Positions 28,909-38,280 of a DNA stretch of 64,000 nucleotides are shown piece after piece. Below the pieces are notes generated by a model. It made no database searches. It worked only from the letters and a program-made list of their open reading frames with translations, and had not been told where the DNA came from. Position numbers and translations under genes: made by a program. The stretch is from an uncultured Candidatus Binatia bacterium (GTDB lineage: Bacteria > Desulfobacterota > Binatia > UBA9968 > CAXXLF01), in assembly GCA_965218425.1 (NCBI GenBank), contig OZ244621.1, positions 1,984,001 through 2,048,000 of the forward strand. The letters run 5' to 3'. Positions within the stretch are counted from its first letter, which is position 1; the number at the start of each line of letters is the position of its first letter.

Positions 28909-29472
28909 TTAGAAGAACCACTGCAAAGGCGCTGCCAAAACCTCCTGGAAAGAGATCCCCAAGGTCTTCTCGAGGAGGCTTTCTGGCCAGGCCGTATTGA
29001 TCACGTAACCGTAGAGAAGCACAATGGGAAGCTCTGCCCCAAAGGCGATGACCGAGGCCACCCACCACTGAGTCTTTCCCACCAATCTCAGGTACATAAG
29101 GAGAAAAAGCGGGATCATGACATGAAAGCTGAGTAGCCACACGCCCACCAGCAGAGTCCCCATCATGCCGAACATCCATAAGGTTCGCAGCCATACAGTG
29201 GCGGTGGACACGCCGACAGTTTCAAAGGCGATATCATAGATCCTGGATTGGGACTTTCCAGCCAGCATCATGACTATTTCCTGAACGGTCTGGATGGTCC
29301 ATAGTGCAAGCCCGATGCTGCCAACGAAAACAGGATAGAGCCCAGGGTTACCCATACCGGTTTCAGGCATTGCCAAACCAACCACGATCATATAGGCGAA
29401 ACCGGCACCTAGCGCAGCCCGAAACACCAGATCAAGATTCAGAGCGCGAGTTCCTTTGTTTATGGATTCCAT
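28909..29472 (-). CDS. Tripartite tricarboxylate transporter TctB-like small membrane subunit
   Basis: 4-5 TM segments, directly downstream of tctA. Confidence 0.75.
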   Translation of the reverse strand: MESINKGTRALNLDLVFRAALGAGFAYMIVVGLAMPETGMGNPGLYPVFVGSIGLALWTIQTVQEIVMMLAGKSQSRIYDIAFETVGVSTATVWLRTLWMFGMMGTLLVGVWLLSFHVMIPLFLLMYLRLVGKTQWWVASVIAFGAELPIVLLYGYVINTAWPESLLEKTLGISFQEVLAAPLQWFF

Positions 29473-29510
29473 GGCTTTTCCGACACCCCACTATTCAGAG
29501 GCGCTCACAG

Positions 29511-31127
29511 TTAATCCGTGCGCGCCTCGCCCTGGGCCGACGGCACCTTCAGGGCGTCGGTGCCCTCGCTGGATTCCACGCCTTGCCGGCTCGCGGGGTT
29601 CGGCTGTGAAGACCTCGCGGCGGACCAGGCCTGCGTGGCCTTCCTGGATAGGTGCATCCCGTAAAGGCCGATGAGCACACCCGCCATGACAATGGCCAGG
29701 GACCACGGCCGCATCAGCAGTTGAGGCACGGTATAGGTGCTAAGGCTTATGGTTAAATACCTTTCGAGAATTGGGCCTAGAACGAAACCGATGATCAGCG
29801 GGGGGCGGGCCCAACCGTGCCGCTTCATGTGCCAGCCTATCAGCGAAAAGACTCCAAGGAACGTCAGATCCCACAGGCTGTTCTTTGACGTGAAGGCCGC
29901 TAGAACAAGGATACTCAAGATCAATGGAACGAGAACATGAGGCCGAATGAAGGCCAAGCGAGCAAAATAATTGCTCATGAACAACAAGACAATGGTGCCA
30001 AAGACATTGGCGAGGATAAGGCTAAACACGATTAGAAACATGATGTCCAAGTGGTGGTTGAGCATGGCGGGTCCGGGTTGAAGTCCAAGGATAATGAAAA
30101 ATCCCAGGTAGATAGCCATGTAAGCGCCCCCGGGAATCCCGACAGCGAGGGTAGGGATGAGCTGCGCGGCACTGGTGGCGTTATTTGCACTCTCAGGAGC
30201 GATCACGCCTCGGATATCTCCGGTGCCGAAGGTCTTGTCGGCTCCTTTCTCCGTCACCCGTGCCTGAGCGTAAGTGAGCCAGTCCACCACGGAGCCCCCG
30301 ATTCCTGGCATAATTCCCACCAGCACCCCTAAGAATACGGAACGAACCACGAGAAACTTGTGGCGGAGCACTGCCCGCATCCCTTCCCAACGTCCGAGGT
30401 TGATGTCCTGCTCAATGATTGCTGCGTCAGCCTTGGCAATGGATCTGTCTTCAATGATCAGGCCCATGAGCTCAGGGATTGCAAATATGCCGATCACCAC
30501 GGTGATGATGTTCACGCCATCCATCAGGTAGGGAAAACTGAATGGAACAAAACGGGGGTAGCCCAACGCGGGGTCGGTTCCAATGGCGGCGACGCCCATG
30601 CCAACGGCCCCTGCGAGCAGGCCCTTGAACACGGCCCCGCTACTCACCACGGCAACCACAGCTATGCCCATGAGCCCCATGACCAGGAATTCGGGGGATG
30701 CGAAGGCATTCACCAGTGCCCTGGCAAAGGGAATACTCGCAGCGATAACGAGAGCGCCGATCAATCCGCCGATTAGGGACCCCAGGTACGCCGCCCCCAG
30801 TGCCTCACCGGCTCTACCCTGGCGAGCCATGGGGTACCCGTCTAGGATGGTGGCCTGAGAAGACACGCTCCCGGGCACACCTAGCAGCACGGAAGGTAGG
30901 GTGTCGCTTGAATGCACCGGCGCGGCCATCCCCATGGCCAGAGCGATGGCGATTACCGGGTCCATGTAGTAGGCGACGCTTATGAGGACGATTATGCCAG
31001 GGAGCCCTGTTGCCGGAAGCGCCCCGCTGGCGAGACCCACCATCGCTCCGCTTAGCACGGCAAGGATGGCCAGCGGGTTCAAGAAAAGGGCCGAAAGGCC
31101 TCCGCTCAATCCTTCAATTAGACCCAT
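29511..31127 (-). CDS. tctA: Tripartite tricarboxylate transporter permease TctA
   Basis: GVPG....AT..DGYPMARQG.A..ALG, APESANNA, GIPG, GLQPGP, IGFVLG..LE. Confidence 0.92.
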   Translation of the reverse strand: MGLIEGLSGGLSALFLNPLAILAVLSGAMVGLASGALPATGLPGIIVLISVAYYMDPVIAIALAMGMAAPVHSSDTLPSVLLGVPGSVSSQATILDGYPMARQGRAGEALGAAYLGSLIGGLIGALVIAASIPFARALVNAFASPEFLVMGLMGIAVVAVVSSGAVFKGLLAGAVGMGVAAIGTDPALGYPRFVPFSFPYLMDGVNIITVVIGIFAIPELMGLIIEDRSIAKADAAIIEQDINLGRWEGMRAVLRHKFLVVRSVFLGVLVGIMPGIGGSVVDWLTYAQARVTEKGADKTFGTGDIRGVIAPESANNATSAAQLIPTLAVGIPGGAYMAIYLGFFIILGLQPGPAMLNHHLDIMFLIVFSLILANVFGTIVLLFMSNYFARLAFIRPHVLVPLILSILVLAAFTSKNSLWDLTFLGVFSLIGWHMKRHGWARPPLIIGFVLGPILERYLTISLSTYTVPQLLMRPWSLAIVMAGVLIGLYGMHLSRKATQAWSAARSSQPNPASRQGVESSEGTDALKVPSAQGEARTD

Positions 31128-31198
31128 GGCCTGACTGCTTCGGAGCAATAACAGTCAATAACACAGCAGGTTATTGCATCCTCGGTGAACCTTGCTAA

Positions 31199-32326
31199 CT
31201 ACCTCACGTAGACTCCCGCCAATCTCTGAAGATCTTTCAACAGAGGACCGCTGGCACTTTTCATCGTGTCGTACCATTTGCGGTAGGCACTGGCCGGTGT
31301 CCAACCCGTATCGCGGAAACGCTTGTTCATATCCGCCTTCATGGCCGGATCAAGCGCAATACTCTTGATGCCAGCTCGTAACCCTTCAATGATAAATTCT
31401 GGCGTGTCCGGATGAACCATCCAGACGTGGGTCTGAAGGCCCTGAACCTTGTCCCAGGCCGCCACCACCTTTTTCTGATGATTGGTGAACTTTGCCACCT
31501 CGTTCAGGCAGGGAGGCGGTTCCCATCCACCCTTTTTCAGAAAGGCCTTGTAGTGTGGCGTGTTGGGATCGACGCAGTTCCTGTTGATAACCGGAGTGAT
31601 GGTCTTCTTTTCAATCCAGTGTTGGTATCCGTCCTGCACCTGGTTGGTGGTGCATGCATCAATAAGCGCTTCCAGCTCCCCCTGGTCCATGGCACGCAGG
31701 ATGCTGCCCGACCCTCTGTAACCGGGAACGGGCTTGAAGGGCAGCTTGAGAACCTCAGGAATGAGATATCCAAAACTACCGGCCCGGAAGACGCCCGTGT
31801 TCAAAGGCCTCCCCCGGGACTTTGCCACCTTGATCACTTCACCAATGGAAGTGGCAATCTCAGACTGGACGCAGACGAAGTTAGATCCCGACGGCGCGGT
31901 GAAATTTCCCATAAAGTGTGCCTTGTCAAAGTCTACTCCCGGGTGGGGTCTTTTACCCAACGCGGCCTGCTGGTGCAGCACCAGGTTGACGGGCGCAACG
32001 TACAAGCCGTTGGGCTTCTTGCGCATTGCAAACTGCAACGCGATGAGGCCATCGGCACCCGTTATGTTCTGGACGAGAAAGCGGGGGTTTCCCGGGAGAT
32101 ACTTGCGTATGTGCACCGCCGCCAAGCGAGAGCTAATGTCCTGCCCCCCTCCAGGTCCATATCCCACAACGATGGTGATGGTCTTTCCCTTGTAGTGCTT
32201 CGCGAGCTTGTCTTGATTTTGGGCCTCCGCCGTTGCACCGGTGAGGGTCAGTCCGCCGGTGTTCAAGGGAAACATGACGGCCACCACCAGTGAAATAAGC
32301 AGCTGTTTACCTGTTATACGCTTCAT
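31199..32326 (-). CDS. Tripartite tricarboxylate transporter substrate-binding protein (TctC/Bug)
   Basis: Signal peptide; YKGKTITIVVGYGPGGG.D...R, PGNP...VQN..GA, GYRG; AGGAGG RBS before ATG 32326. Confidence 0.85.
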   Translation of the reverse strand: MKRITGKQLLISLVVAVMFPLNTGGLTLTGATAEAQNQDKLAKHYKGKTITIVVGYGPGGGQDISSRLAAVHIRKYLPGNPRFLVQNITGADGLIALQFAMRKKPNGLYVAPVNLVLHQQAALGKRPHPGVDFDKAHFMGNFTAPSGSNFVCVQSEIATSIGEVIKVAKSRGRPLNTGVFRAGSFGYLIPEVLKLPFKPVPGYRGSGSILRAMDQGELEALIDACTTNQVQDGYQHWIEKKTITPVINRNCVDPNTPHYKAFLKKGGWEPPPCLNEVAKFTNHQKKVVAAWDKVQGLQTHVWMVHPDTPEFIIEGLRAGIKSIALDPAMKADMNKRFRDTGWTPASAYRKWYDTMKSASGPLLKDLQRLAGVYVR

Positions 32327-32541
32327 TGATCTCTCCTCCTTTTTAGGTTGAGATGGCACACGTGGTGCAACCGCGGAGCCGGGCATTCATTCGTAACTCC
32401 GAATGCACCAACGTTGGAGGACTGACTGCTATCACATTCTCGTTTAATCCGTCAAGATTCCTTGACACCCCATATCGCCTATGGTAACGCGATGCTAAAT
32501 TCTCTATATACCAGTCAAAAATATCCGCGAAGGAGTAGTCC

Positions 32542-33555
32542 ATGGCCGGTCTAAGACTCAGCTTTATCACGGGAGACCACGAGCGAGTTAAGCCTCTTTT
32601 GGATGGGAGGGTAAAGGTGGAAGGCGTCGAGGAGATCACCACCACTATTTCGGATCCCTCCGTAACCTTCTGGCGCCAACTCACGTTCGAAGAGTTCGAG
32701 ATCTCCGAGATGTCCATTTCCTCGTATTTGATCGCCCGGTCCAAAGGTATGGACATGATTGCCCTCCCTGCCTTCCCCGCGCGCCGTTTCATGCATACGG
32801 GGTTGTCCGTCCACACGGACTCGGCGAAAGAACCGGGCGACCTCGTTGGGAAACGAATCGGCGTGGGCGACTACCAGCAGACCTCATCTCTCTGGACCCG
32901 TGGCGTCCTGGAGCATGACTTTGGCGTCTCCCAATACAAAGTGGAGTGGTGGATGGAAAGATCTGAAGGCCTTAGTCACGGTGGTGCCACGGGTTTCACG
33001 CCTCCGCCGGGCATAAACTTCCACCGCATCCCAGAGAACAAGAGCCTGGCTACTATGCTCGTTAACCACGAGTTGGACGCTGCCCCGGTGGGCAGAGCCT
33101 TCCAACGAGGAGGTAACATTGTTGACCGTTCCACCCAAATTCGCGCAACGGGCGCGGATTGGAGCAAGGTGAAGCCCCTGTTCCCCGATCAGATGGCCGA
33201 AGGCAAGAGGTTCTTTCAGAAGCATGGCTATATCCCTGCCAACCACACCATTATCATCAGGGGAGATATTCACAAGAAGCATCCTTGGCTGGCGTTCAAC
33301 CTGTACTCGGCACTGATAGAGGCTAAAAAATTGGCAGAGGAAACCTTGGCGGAGCGTATACCGGCGAGCCTTGTGTTCGGCCGCGAATACTTGAAAATGA
33401 CCCGGGACATCTTCGGCAACGACCCGTTTCCTTACGGGATCGAGGCAAACCGGAAATTCCTCCAGACCACCATCGACTGCTCTCACGAACAGGGCTTGAC
33501 CCCAAGGAAGGAGAGGATCGAGGATCTATTTGCTCCCAGCACCTTGACCGTTTAA
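32542..33555 (+). CDS. 4,5-dihydroxyphthalate decarboxylase-like protein
   Basis: L.DGRVK.EG, EMSISSY, PAFP.R.F.H, GKRIGV.DY.QT..LW.RG, PYGIEANR. Confidence 0.8.
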   Translation: MAGLRLSFITGDHERVKPLLDGRVKVEGVEEITTTISDPSVTFWRQLTFEEFEISEMSISSYLIARSKGMDMIALPAFPARRFMHTGLSVHTDSAKEPGDLVGKRIGVGDYQQTSSLWTRGVLEHDFGVSQYKVEWWMERSEGLSHGGATGFTPPPGINFHRIPENKSLATMLVNHELDAAPVGRAFQRGGNIVDRSTQIRATGADWSKVKPLFPDQMAEGKRFFQKHGYIPANHTIIIRGDIHKKHPWLAFNLYSALIEAKKLAEETLAERIPASLVFGREYLKMTRDIFGNDPFPYGIEANRKFLQTTIDCSHEQGLTPRKERIEDLFAPSTLTV

Positions 33556-33576
33556 GCTAGTAGTGAGGAGAAACCC

Positions 33577-34839
33577 ATGCTAAGCGCACAAGAGAACGAG
33601 GAGTTGACCCGCGTTGGTCCCGGCACTCCCATGGGAGAGCTGCTGCGCCGCTATTGGTTCCCTGTTGCCACCTGCCAGCAACTTAACGAGAACCCGGTCA
33701 GGTCAGTCCGCCTGCTCGGCGAGTCACTCACACTCTTCCGCGACCGTCAGGGACGCCTGGGTCTCATCGCTCAGCGCTGCGCCCACCGTAGCGTTGACCT
33801 GAAGTACGGTATCCCCGAGCAAGAAGGACTCCGTTGTCCCTACCATGGGTGGATGTATGACACCACCGGCCAGTGCGTCGATCAACCGGCAGAAACCCCT
33901 GAGACGACTTTCAAACAGCGGGTCAAGCTAAAATCCTACCCTGCGCAGGAGATGGGAGGCTTGATTTGGACCTACCTGGGCCCCAAACCTGAACCGCTGC
34001 TGCCGCGGTGGGACCTGTTCGTAATGGACAATGTCTTTCGTCAGATTGGCACCACCGTCGTACCCTGCAATTGGCTCCAGTGTCAGGAGAACTCCGTGGA
34101 CACCGTCCACACCTCCTACGCCCACGGCAGGTTCGGTCTCTACGCGGTAGAGCGCCTCGGCATCACCGATCCTCGCAAGGTCAATCAGTTTCAAAGAATC
34201 AGTCGGCCCCATAAAAAGATTGCCTTTGATCGGGTGGAGGTGGGGATTCAGAAGCGTAGGTTAGTGGAAGGGGAAACGGAGGAATCCCAGCAGTGGAAGA
34301 CCGGCCATCCTCTGGTTTTTCCGAACTATGTGCGCATCGGACAACCCGGCTATTCAGAGTTCCAAATTCGAATCCCCATAGATGATACCCACACCTGGCA
34401 CCTGGGCTACCATGTTCACTTTCCTGGTCCCGAGGTGGATGTGCCACCGCAGGATCCTGTCCCGTCCTTCGAGGTTCCCATCAGGGACCTCCCCGACTAC
34501 ATCGTCGGCCAGGACATGGTGGTCTGGCAGGCGCAGGGTGATATCGTGGACCGGTCAAAGGAAAGGCTCGCGGAAACGGACAAGGGCCTCGTCATGTTCC
34601 GTAAGATGCTGATGGAGCAGATCAAGATCGTCCAGGAAGGCGGCGACCCCATTAATACCATCCGCGACCCGGCCCAAAACGAGCGCATCGACCTCGAGAT
34701 GGAAGACTATAGGGGCGTGCGGAAATACCAGAAGGGCGGAGTATTTTACGGGAACCAGGGAACGTTCAGTCCTGTACTGGAACAGCTGGACGAATTAATG
34801 ACCAAGGGCGCAGAGGGTTTAAAACGCGCCGGACGTTAA
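33577..34839 (+). CDS. Rieske non-heme iron oxygenase alpha subunit (phthalate 4,5-dioxygenase-like)
   Basis: LTRVGPGTPMGELLRRYW, CAHR...CPYHGW, ENSVDTVHTSYAH. Confidence 0.9.
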   Translation: MLSAQENEELTRVGPGTPMGELLRRYWFPVATCQQLNENPVRSVRLLGESLTLFRDRQGRLGLIAQRCAHRSVDLKYGIPEQEGLRCPYHGWMYDTTGQCVDQPAETPETTFKQRVKLKSYPAQEMGGLIWTYLGPKPEPLLPRWDLFVMDNVFRQIGTTVVPCNWLQCQENSVDTVHTSYAHGRFGLYAVERLGITDPRKVNQFQRISRPHKKIAFDRVEVGIQKRRLVEGETEESQQWKTGHPLVFPNYVRIGQPGYSEFQIRIPIDDTHTWHLGYHVHFPGPEVDVPPQDPVPSFEVPIRDLPDYIVGQDMVVWQAQGDIVDRSKERLAETDKGLVMFRKMLMEQIKIVQEGGDPINTIRDPAQNERIDLEMEDYRGVRKYQKGGVFYGNQGTFSPVLEQLDELMTKGAEGLKRAGR

Positions 34840-35101
34840 TCGGCAGGCAGTGGGCACTTGGCGGCAATCAGGAATAGAGAAAGACAACAAGCAGCTGGCA
34901 AATAACAGCAAAAAAATTCAGTTGGCAATCAGCGCTCTCGCGCTGGTTTTTGCATATCGGAGCAGGATTTCCCGGGTGAAGTGATCATAGAACCAAGCAT
35001 TCTACCGATTTCGTCGTGCTGTGAACCTGCTGCTTTCTGTCTTACCGGGCATCGTGACTCAGTACTTTCTACTCCCACGCTGAGAGCTGATGGCTTATTG
35101 A

Positions 35102-36055
35102 TCACTTCCCGAGGACAGCGCGGATTGCCTCTGCAATACGTGATCGTGAAGGGCTGATATAGTCTTCCAATGGTTCACTGTAGGGGACCGGCACATCCAG
35201 GGTGTTAACCCGCTGGATCCCTGCTTTGAGCTTGTGGAAACCGGTCTCCACGATCCTCGCTGAGAGCTCCGCCGCTACTCCACAACTCTGGTGACATTCG
35301 TCCACGATCACCACCCGTGCGGTCTTTTCCACCGATGCCATGATGGCTTGAAAATCCAACGGAACCAATGTCCGCGGATCCACCACCTCCACATCCGTGC
35401 CTTCTCGGGCAAGACCCTCGGCAACCGTAAGGGAGCGCTGCACCATATATGAGGTGGCGATGACCGTGACATCCTTTCCCACGCGCTTCACATCCGCTTT
35501 ACCGAGGGGTATCGCCTCGTCCTCCTCGGGGACCGGTCCCCGGATTGAACCGAGGGCCCTGTGATCAATGAAGACGGTAGGGTTATTCGAGTTCACCGCG
35601 GATTTCAGCAGTCCCTTCACATCCCGCGGAGATGCAGGTAGGACAATTTCCAGGCCGGGAGAATTCCAGAACATGGCCTGCGGGCTGTGCGAGTGTTGCG
35701 CGCCGCCTCCACCTCGCAGCCCATGGGACATGTGAAAGACCACCGGCGTCTGCGTCTGTCCACCTGACATATAAAGGGCGTTGGCCGCCTCATTGACTAT
35801 CTGAGGCCAGGCCTCGAAGACGAAGCTACCGTTACCAAGGTCCACAATGGGTCGAAGCCCGGCCATGGCTGCACCGATACCAAGACCAGCGGCCCCCAGC
35901 TCCGAGATGGGCATGGAGGCGACCCTGTCGGGATACCGTTGTTGGATCTCTCTATAGGATCTGAGACCCCGGGCCATCAGATGAACCTTGTCCTCGGCGG
36001 CAAAGATCTCACGCAGTGCCTCTTGCTTCGCCTCGCTATACGTCAATTCACGCAT
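35102..36055 (-). CDS. 2-oxoacid/acetoin dehydrogenase E1 beta-like subunit
   Basis: PISE, GLRPIV, AQHS, EVVDPRTLVPLD, LDVPVPY. Confidence 0.9.
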   Translation of the reverse strand: MRELTYSEAKQEALREIFAAEDKVHLMARGLRSYREIQQRYPDRVASMPISELGAAGLGIGAAMAGLRPIVDLGNGSFVFEAWPQIVNEAANALYMSGGQTQTPVVFHMSHGLRGGGGAQHSHSPQAMFWNSPGLEIVLPASPRDVKGLLKSAVNSNNPTVFIDHRALGSIRGPVPEEDEAIPLGKADVKRVGKDVTVIATSYMVQRSLTVAEGLAREGTDVEVVDPRTLVPLDFQAIMASVEKTARVVIVDECHQSCGVAAELSARIVETGFHKLKAGIQRVNTLDVPVPYSEPLEDYISPSRSRIAEAIRAVLGK

Positions 36056-36098
36056 CGTCTTTAATTCTTAGCTATCAAAGGACCTTAGGAAACCAGCT

Positions 36099-36411
36099 AT
36101 TAACCGCGGATCTTCGCCGATAATGATTCACCGCAGAGGCGCAGAGAAATTCATTTTTTGTCCGTCGGGAGACGACGACAAACAAAAACATGCCTCTTCT
36201 AAAGACGAGGTGTTTTGCCCAATTGTGGTCTCCCGATCGGGCAAAAATTTTTGCCTCAGCATACTTTGCGTCTTTGCGGTGAGAGTCTTAAAAAATCCGT
36301 CGTCCATAATCCTTCCCAGCCTGATCGCCACCTACCGCCCTGTGCATGCTGTTTGCGCTATGCGCTTTGCTGTTCTAAATCTATGTCCATCCGCGTGAGC
36401 CTGCGGTTAAT
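36099..36411. repeat. Nested palindromic dispersed element, copy 2, between E1 alpha and beta
   Basis: Outer ATTAACCGC/GCGGTTAAT; inner TCACCGCAGAGGCGCAGAG/CTTTGCGTCTTTGCGGTGA; core twin hairpins at 36155-36188 and 36213-36246. Confidence 0.8.
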
Positions 36412-36466
36412 AACTTTTTTCGGTCTTGGCGTCTTGGCGCGAAAAACAAATCCCTGCGCCTGAGAC

Positions 36467-37480
36467 TTAGATAAATACATCCTCCAGTGCCACCTCCGGC
36501 GCGGGACCGGGGCTAGCCAAGGCAAATTTGATTGCCCGGTCAATGGCCGCCCGTGCATCAAGCTCCAACTGAACGATCTCTTCTTTGGTCGCCTGTTTTG
36601 CCTCCACGAGCTCGCGGATGAGTATCAAAAGCGGGTCTTCGTCGCGGTACCAGTCCCGTTCGGCCTCGGGGACCGGAGCGAGATTCCAGGCCAGGGAGGC
36701 GTCGGTAGGAAAGGGTACCCTAGGTGAATTTGTCGCGCTGCCCGGAAAACGAATGGTTTCAGCCTCGATGAACTGAGGTCCTTCCCCGGCGCGGATTTTA
36801 CGGATGGCTTGCGATGCCACGTTGTGGACCGCGCCAAAATCCCTACCCTCCACCCGTACGGAGGGGATTCCATAGGCTGACGAAATGTTGGTCAGCGGAT
36901 TTGCCGCCATGCTCGTCGGTCCTTGTGGTTGGCTACGGCTCAGCATTGCGTTGTTCTCGCATAGATAAAGCACCGGTAACTTCTGAAGGGAGGCCAGGTT
37001 AAAGGCCTCCACTGCCGCGCCTTCCTCCAAGGCCCCGTCACCGAACAGGCACAGAGCCACGGCGTTGTTTTTTTGTGCCCTCATGGCATAAGCCGCGCCT
37101 GCCGCCAGAGGGATCATTCCCGCCACGATGGCAGAGGTGTGGAGTATTCCCAGTGAAGCGACAGTGGTATGAAAGGTCCCGCCCTTGCCCTTGTTGTAAC
37201 CGTCACGCCGTCCAAGGATCTCGGCCATCAGGCGTCCTGGCTCCGCTCCCCGTGCCAGGAGGTGACCATGGTTGCGGTGGGTACTGAACACATAGTCTCG
37301 TGCCTCCAGACAGAAGAGCACCGGGACTCCTATGGCCTCCTGTCCAATATAGAGGTGGTATTCGCCCCTGAATCGTCCTTCCCCATAAAGGCCCACAAGG
37401 GCCTCCTCAAAATGACGAATCAGGAACATCTTACGACAAGACTGTATGAGAACATTTTTTGGCAGATTCGCTAGCATCAC
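36467..37480 (-). CDS. 2-oxoacid/acetoin dehydrogenase E1 alpha-like subunit (ThDP)
   Basis: H.YIGQEA, STHRNHGH, GKGGTFH, FGDGA..EG...E..N.A...LPV..CENN. Confidence 0.9.
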   Translation of the reverse strand: MMLANLPKNVLIQSCRKMFLIRHFEEALVGLYGEGRFRGEYHLYIGQEAIGVPVLFCLEARDYVFSTHRNHGHLLARGAEPGRLMAEILGRRDGYNKGKGGTFHTTVASLGILHTSAIVAGMIPLAAGAAYAMRAQKNNAVALCLFGDGALEEGAAVEAFNLASLQKLPVLYLCENNAMLSRSQPQGPTSMAANPLTNISSAYGIPSVRVEGRDFGAVHNVASQAIRKIRAGEGPQFIEAETIRFPGSATNSPRVPFPTDASLAWNLAPVPEAERDWYRDEDPLLILIRELVEAKQATKEEIVQLELDARAAIDRAIKFALASPGPAPEVALEDVFI

Positions 37481-37861
37481 CCTGCCCTTTTACCCCCAAC
37501 TGATAGGCCCAAGGACCGAACCTTGTCAAGGTCTCTGTCCACTGTCGGAAATGAGTTATCCCCCTTTTCGCTCCTGTTGTAAAGCCCTGCAGGAGAAACC
37601 TCACTGCAAATACACTAGTGGTTTTACGAGTTGACCGGATGGGGAGAGGTTGCTATCACAATAAGCACAATCAGCGTAGAACCCAATGCTGACGGCGCTC
37701 TTGCAATAATTTATTGGGTCTTGCTGCACTTGCCTAGGGAATCCGCGATTTAGGGACTATGCGGCATGGGGGTAACAGGTATCGGGCGCCTGAAAGAACG
37801 AGCCGACGATCTCAGGACTCTTTTGCAGGTAGCGAAGCCTTCCCACCACAGCCCGATGCAA

Positions 37862-38273
37862 GATAAGGTACGCTTTAAGGCCTACCCGGGGAGGAACTGG
37901 GGGGCTTGATATTCGTATAATGGCTCCCCGACCGGCGCCGCTCCTTCCACGATGGGACATTCTGGTTTGGAAAAACGTCACCAGGGAAATTAAAAAGGTC
38001 ATGCTGCCCGCCAACGGGCTCCAGTGTATGGACAACTCACTGGACCCCGTTCACTTCCAGTGGCTCCATCGCTTGTTCCGCAAGATGGTGGAGGAGCAGA
38101 TCAAGACGGTGGAAAAAGGTGGCGATCCGATTAACGTGCACCGGGACCCCGCCAAAAACCGGTGCATCACCCTTGCCACCGAGCACACTTACTATCCGGG
38201 ATACACGAAAACGGGCGGGCCCTTTGCGGACAAACCCTTGGTTCCACCAGAGGTGGAGGCCGATCTAAAGTAG
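37862..38273 (+). pseudogene. Rieske oxygenase remnant (no Rieske domain; frameshift; internal deletion)
   Basis: KVRFKAYP/EELGGLIF*..PAPLLPRWD...NSLDPVHFQWLH joined directly to LFRKM.EEQIK.VE.GGDPIN; paralogous to 33577-34839. Confidence 0.75.
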
Positions 38274-38280
38274 AGCCAGG

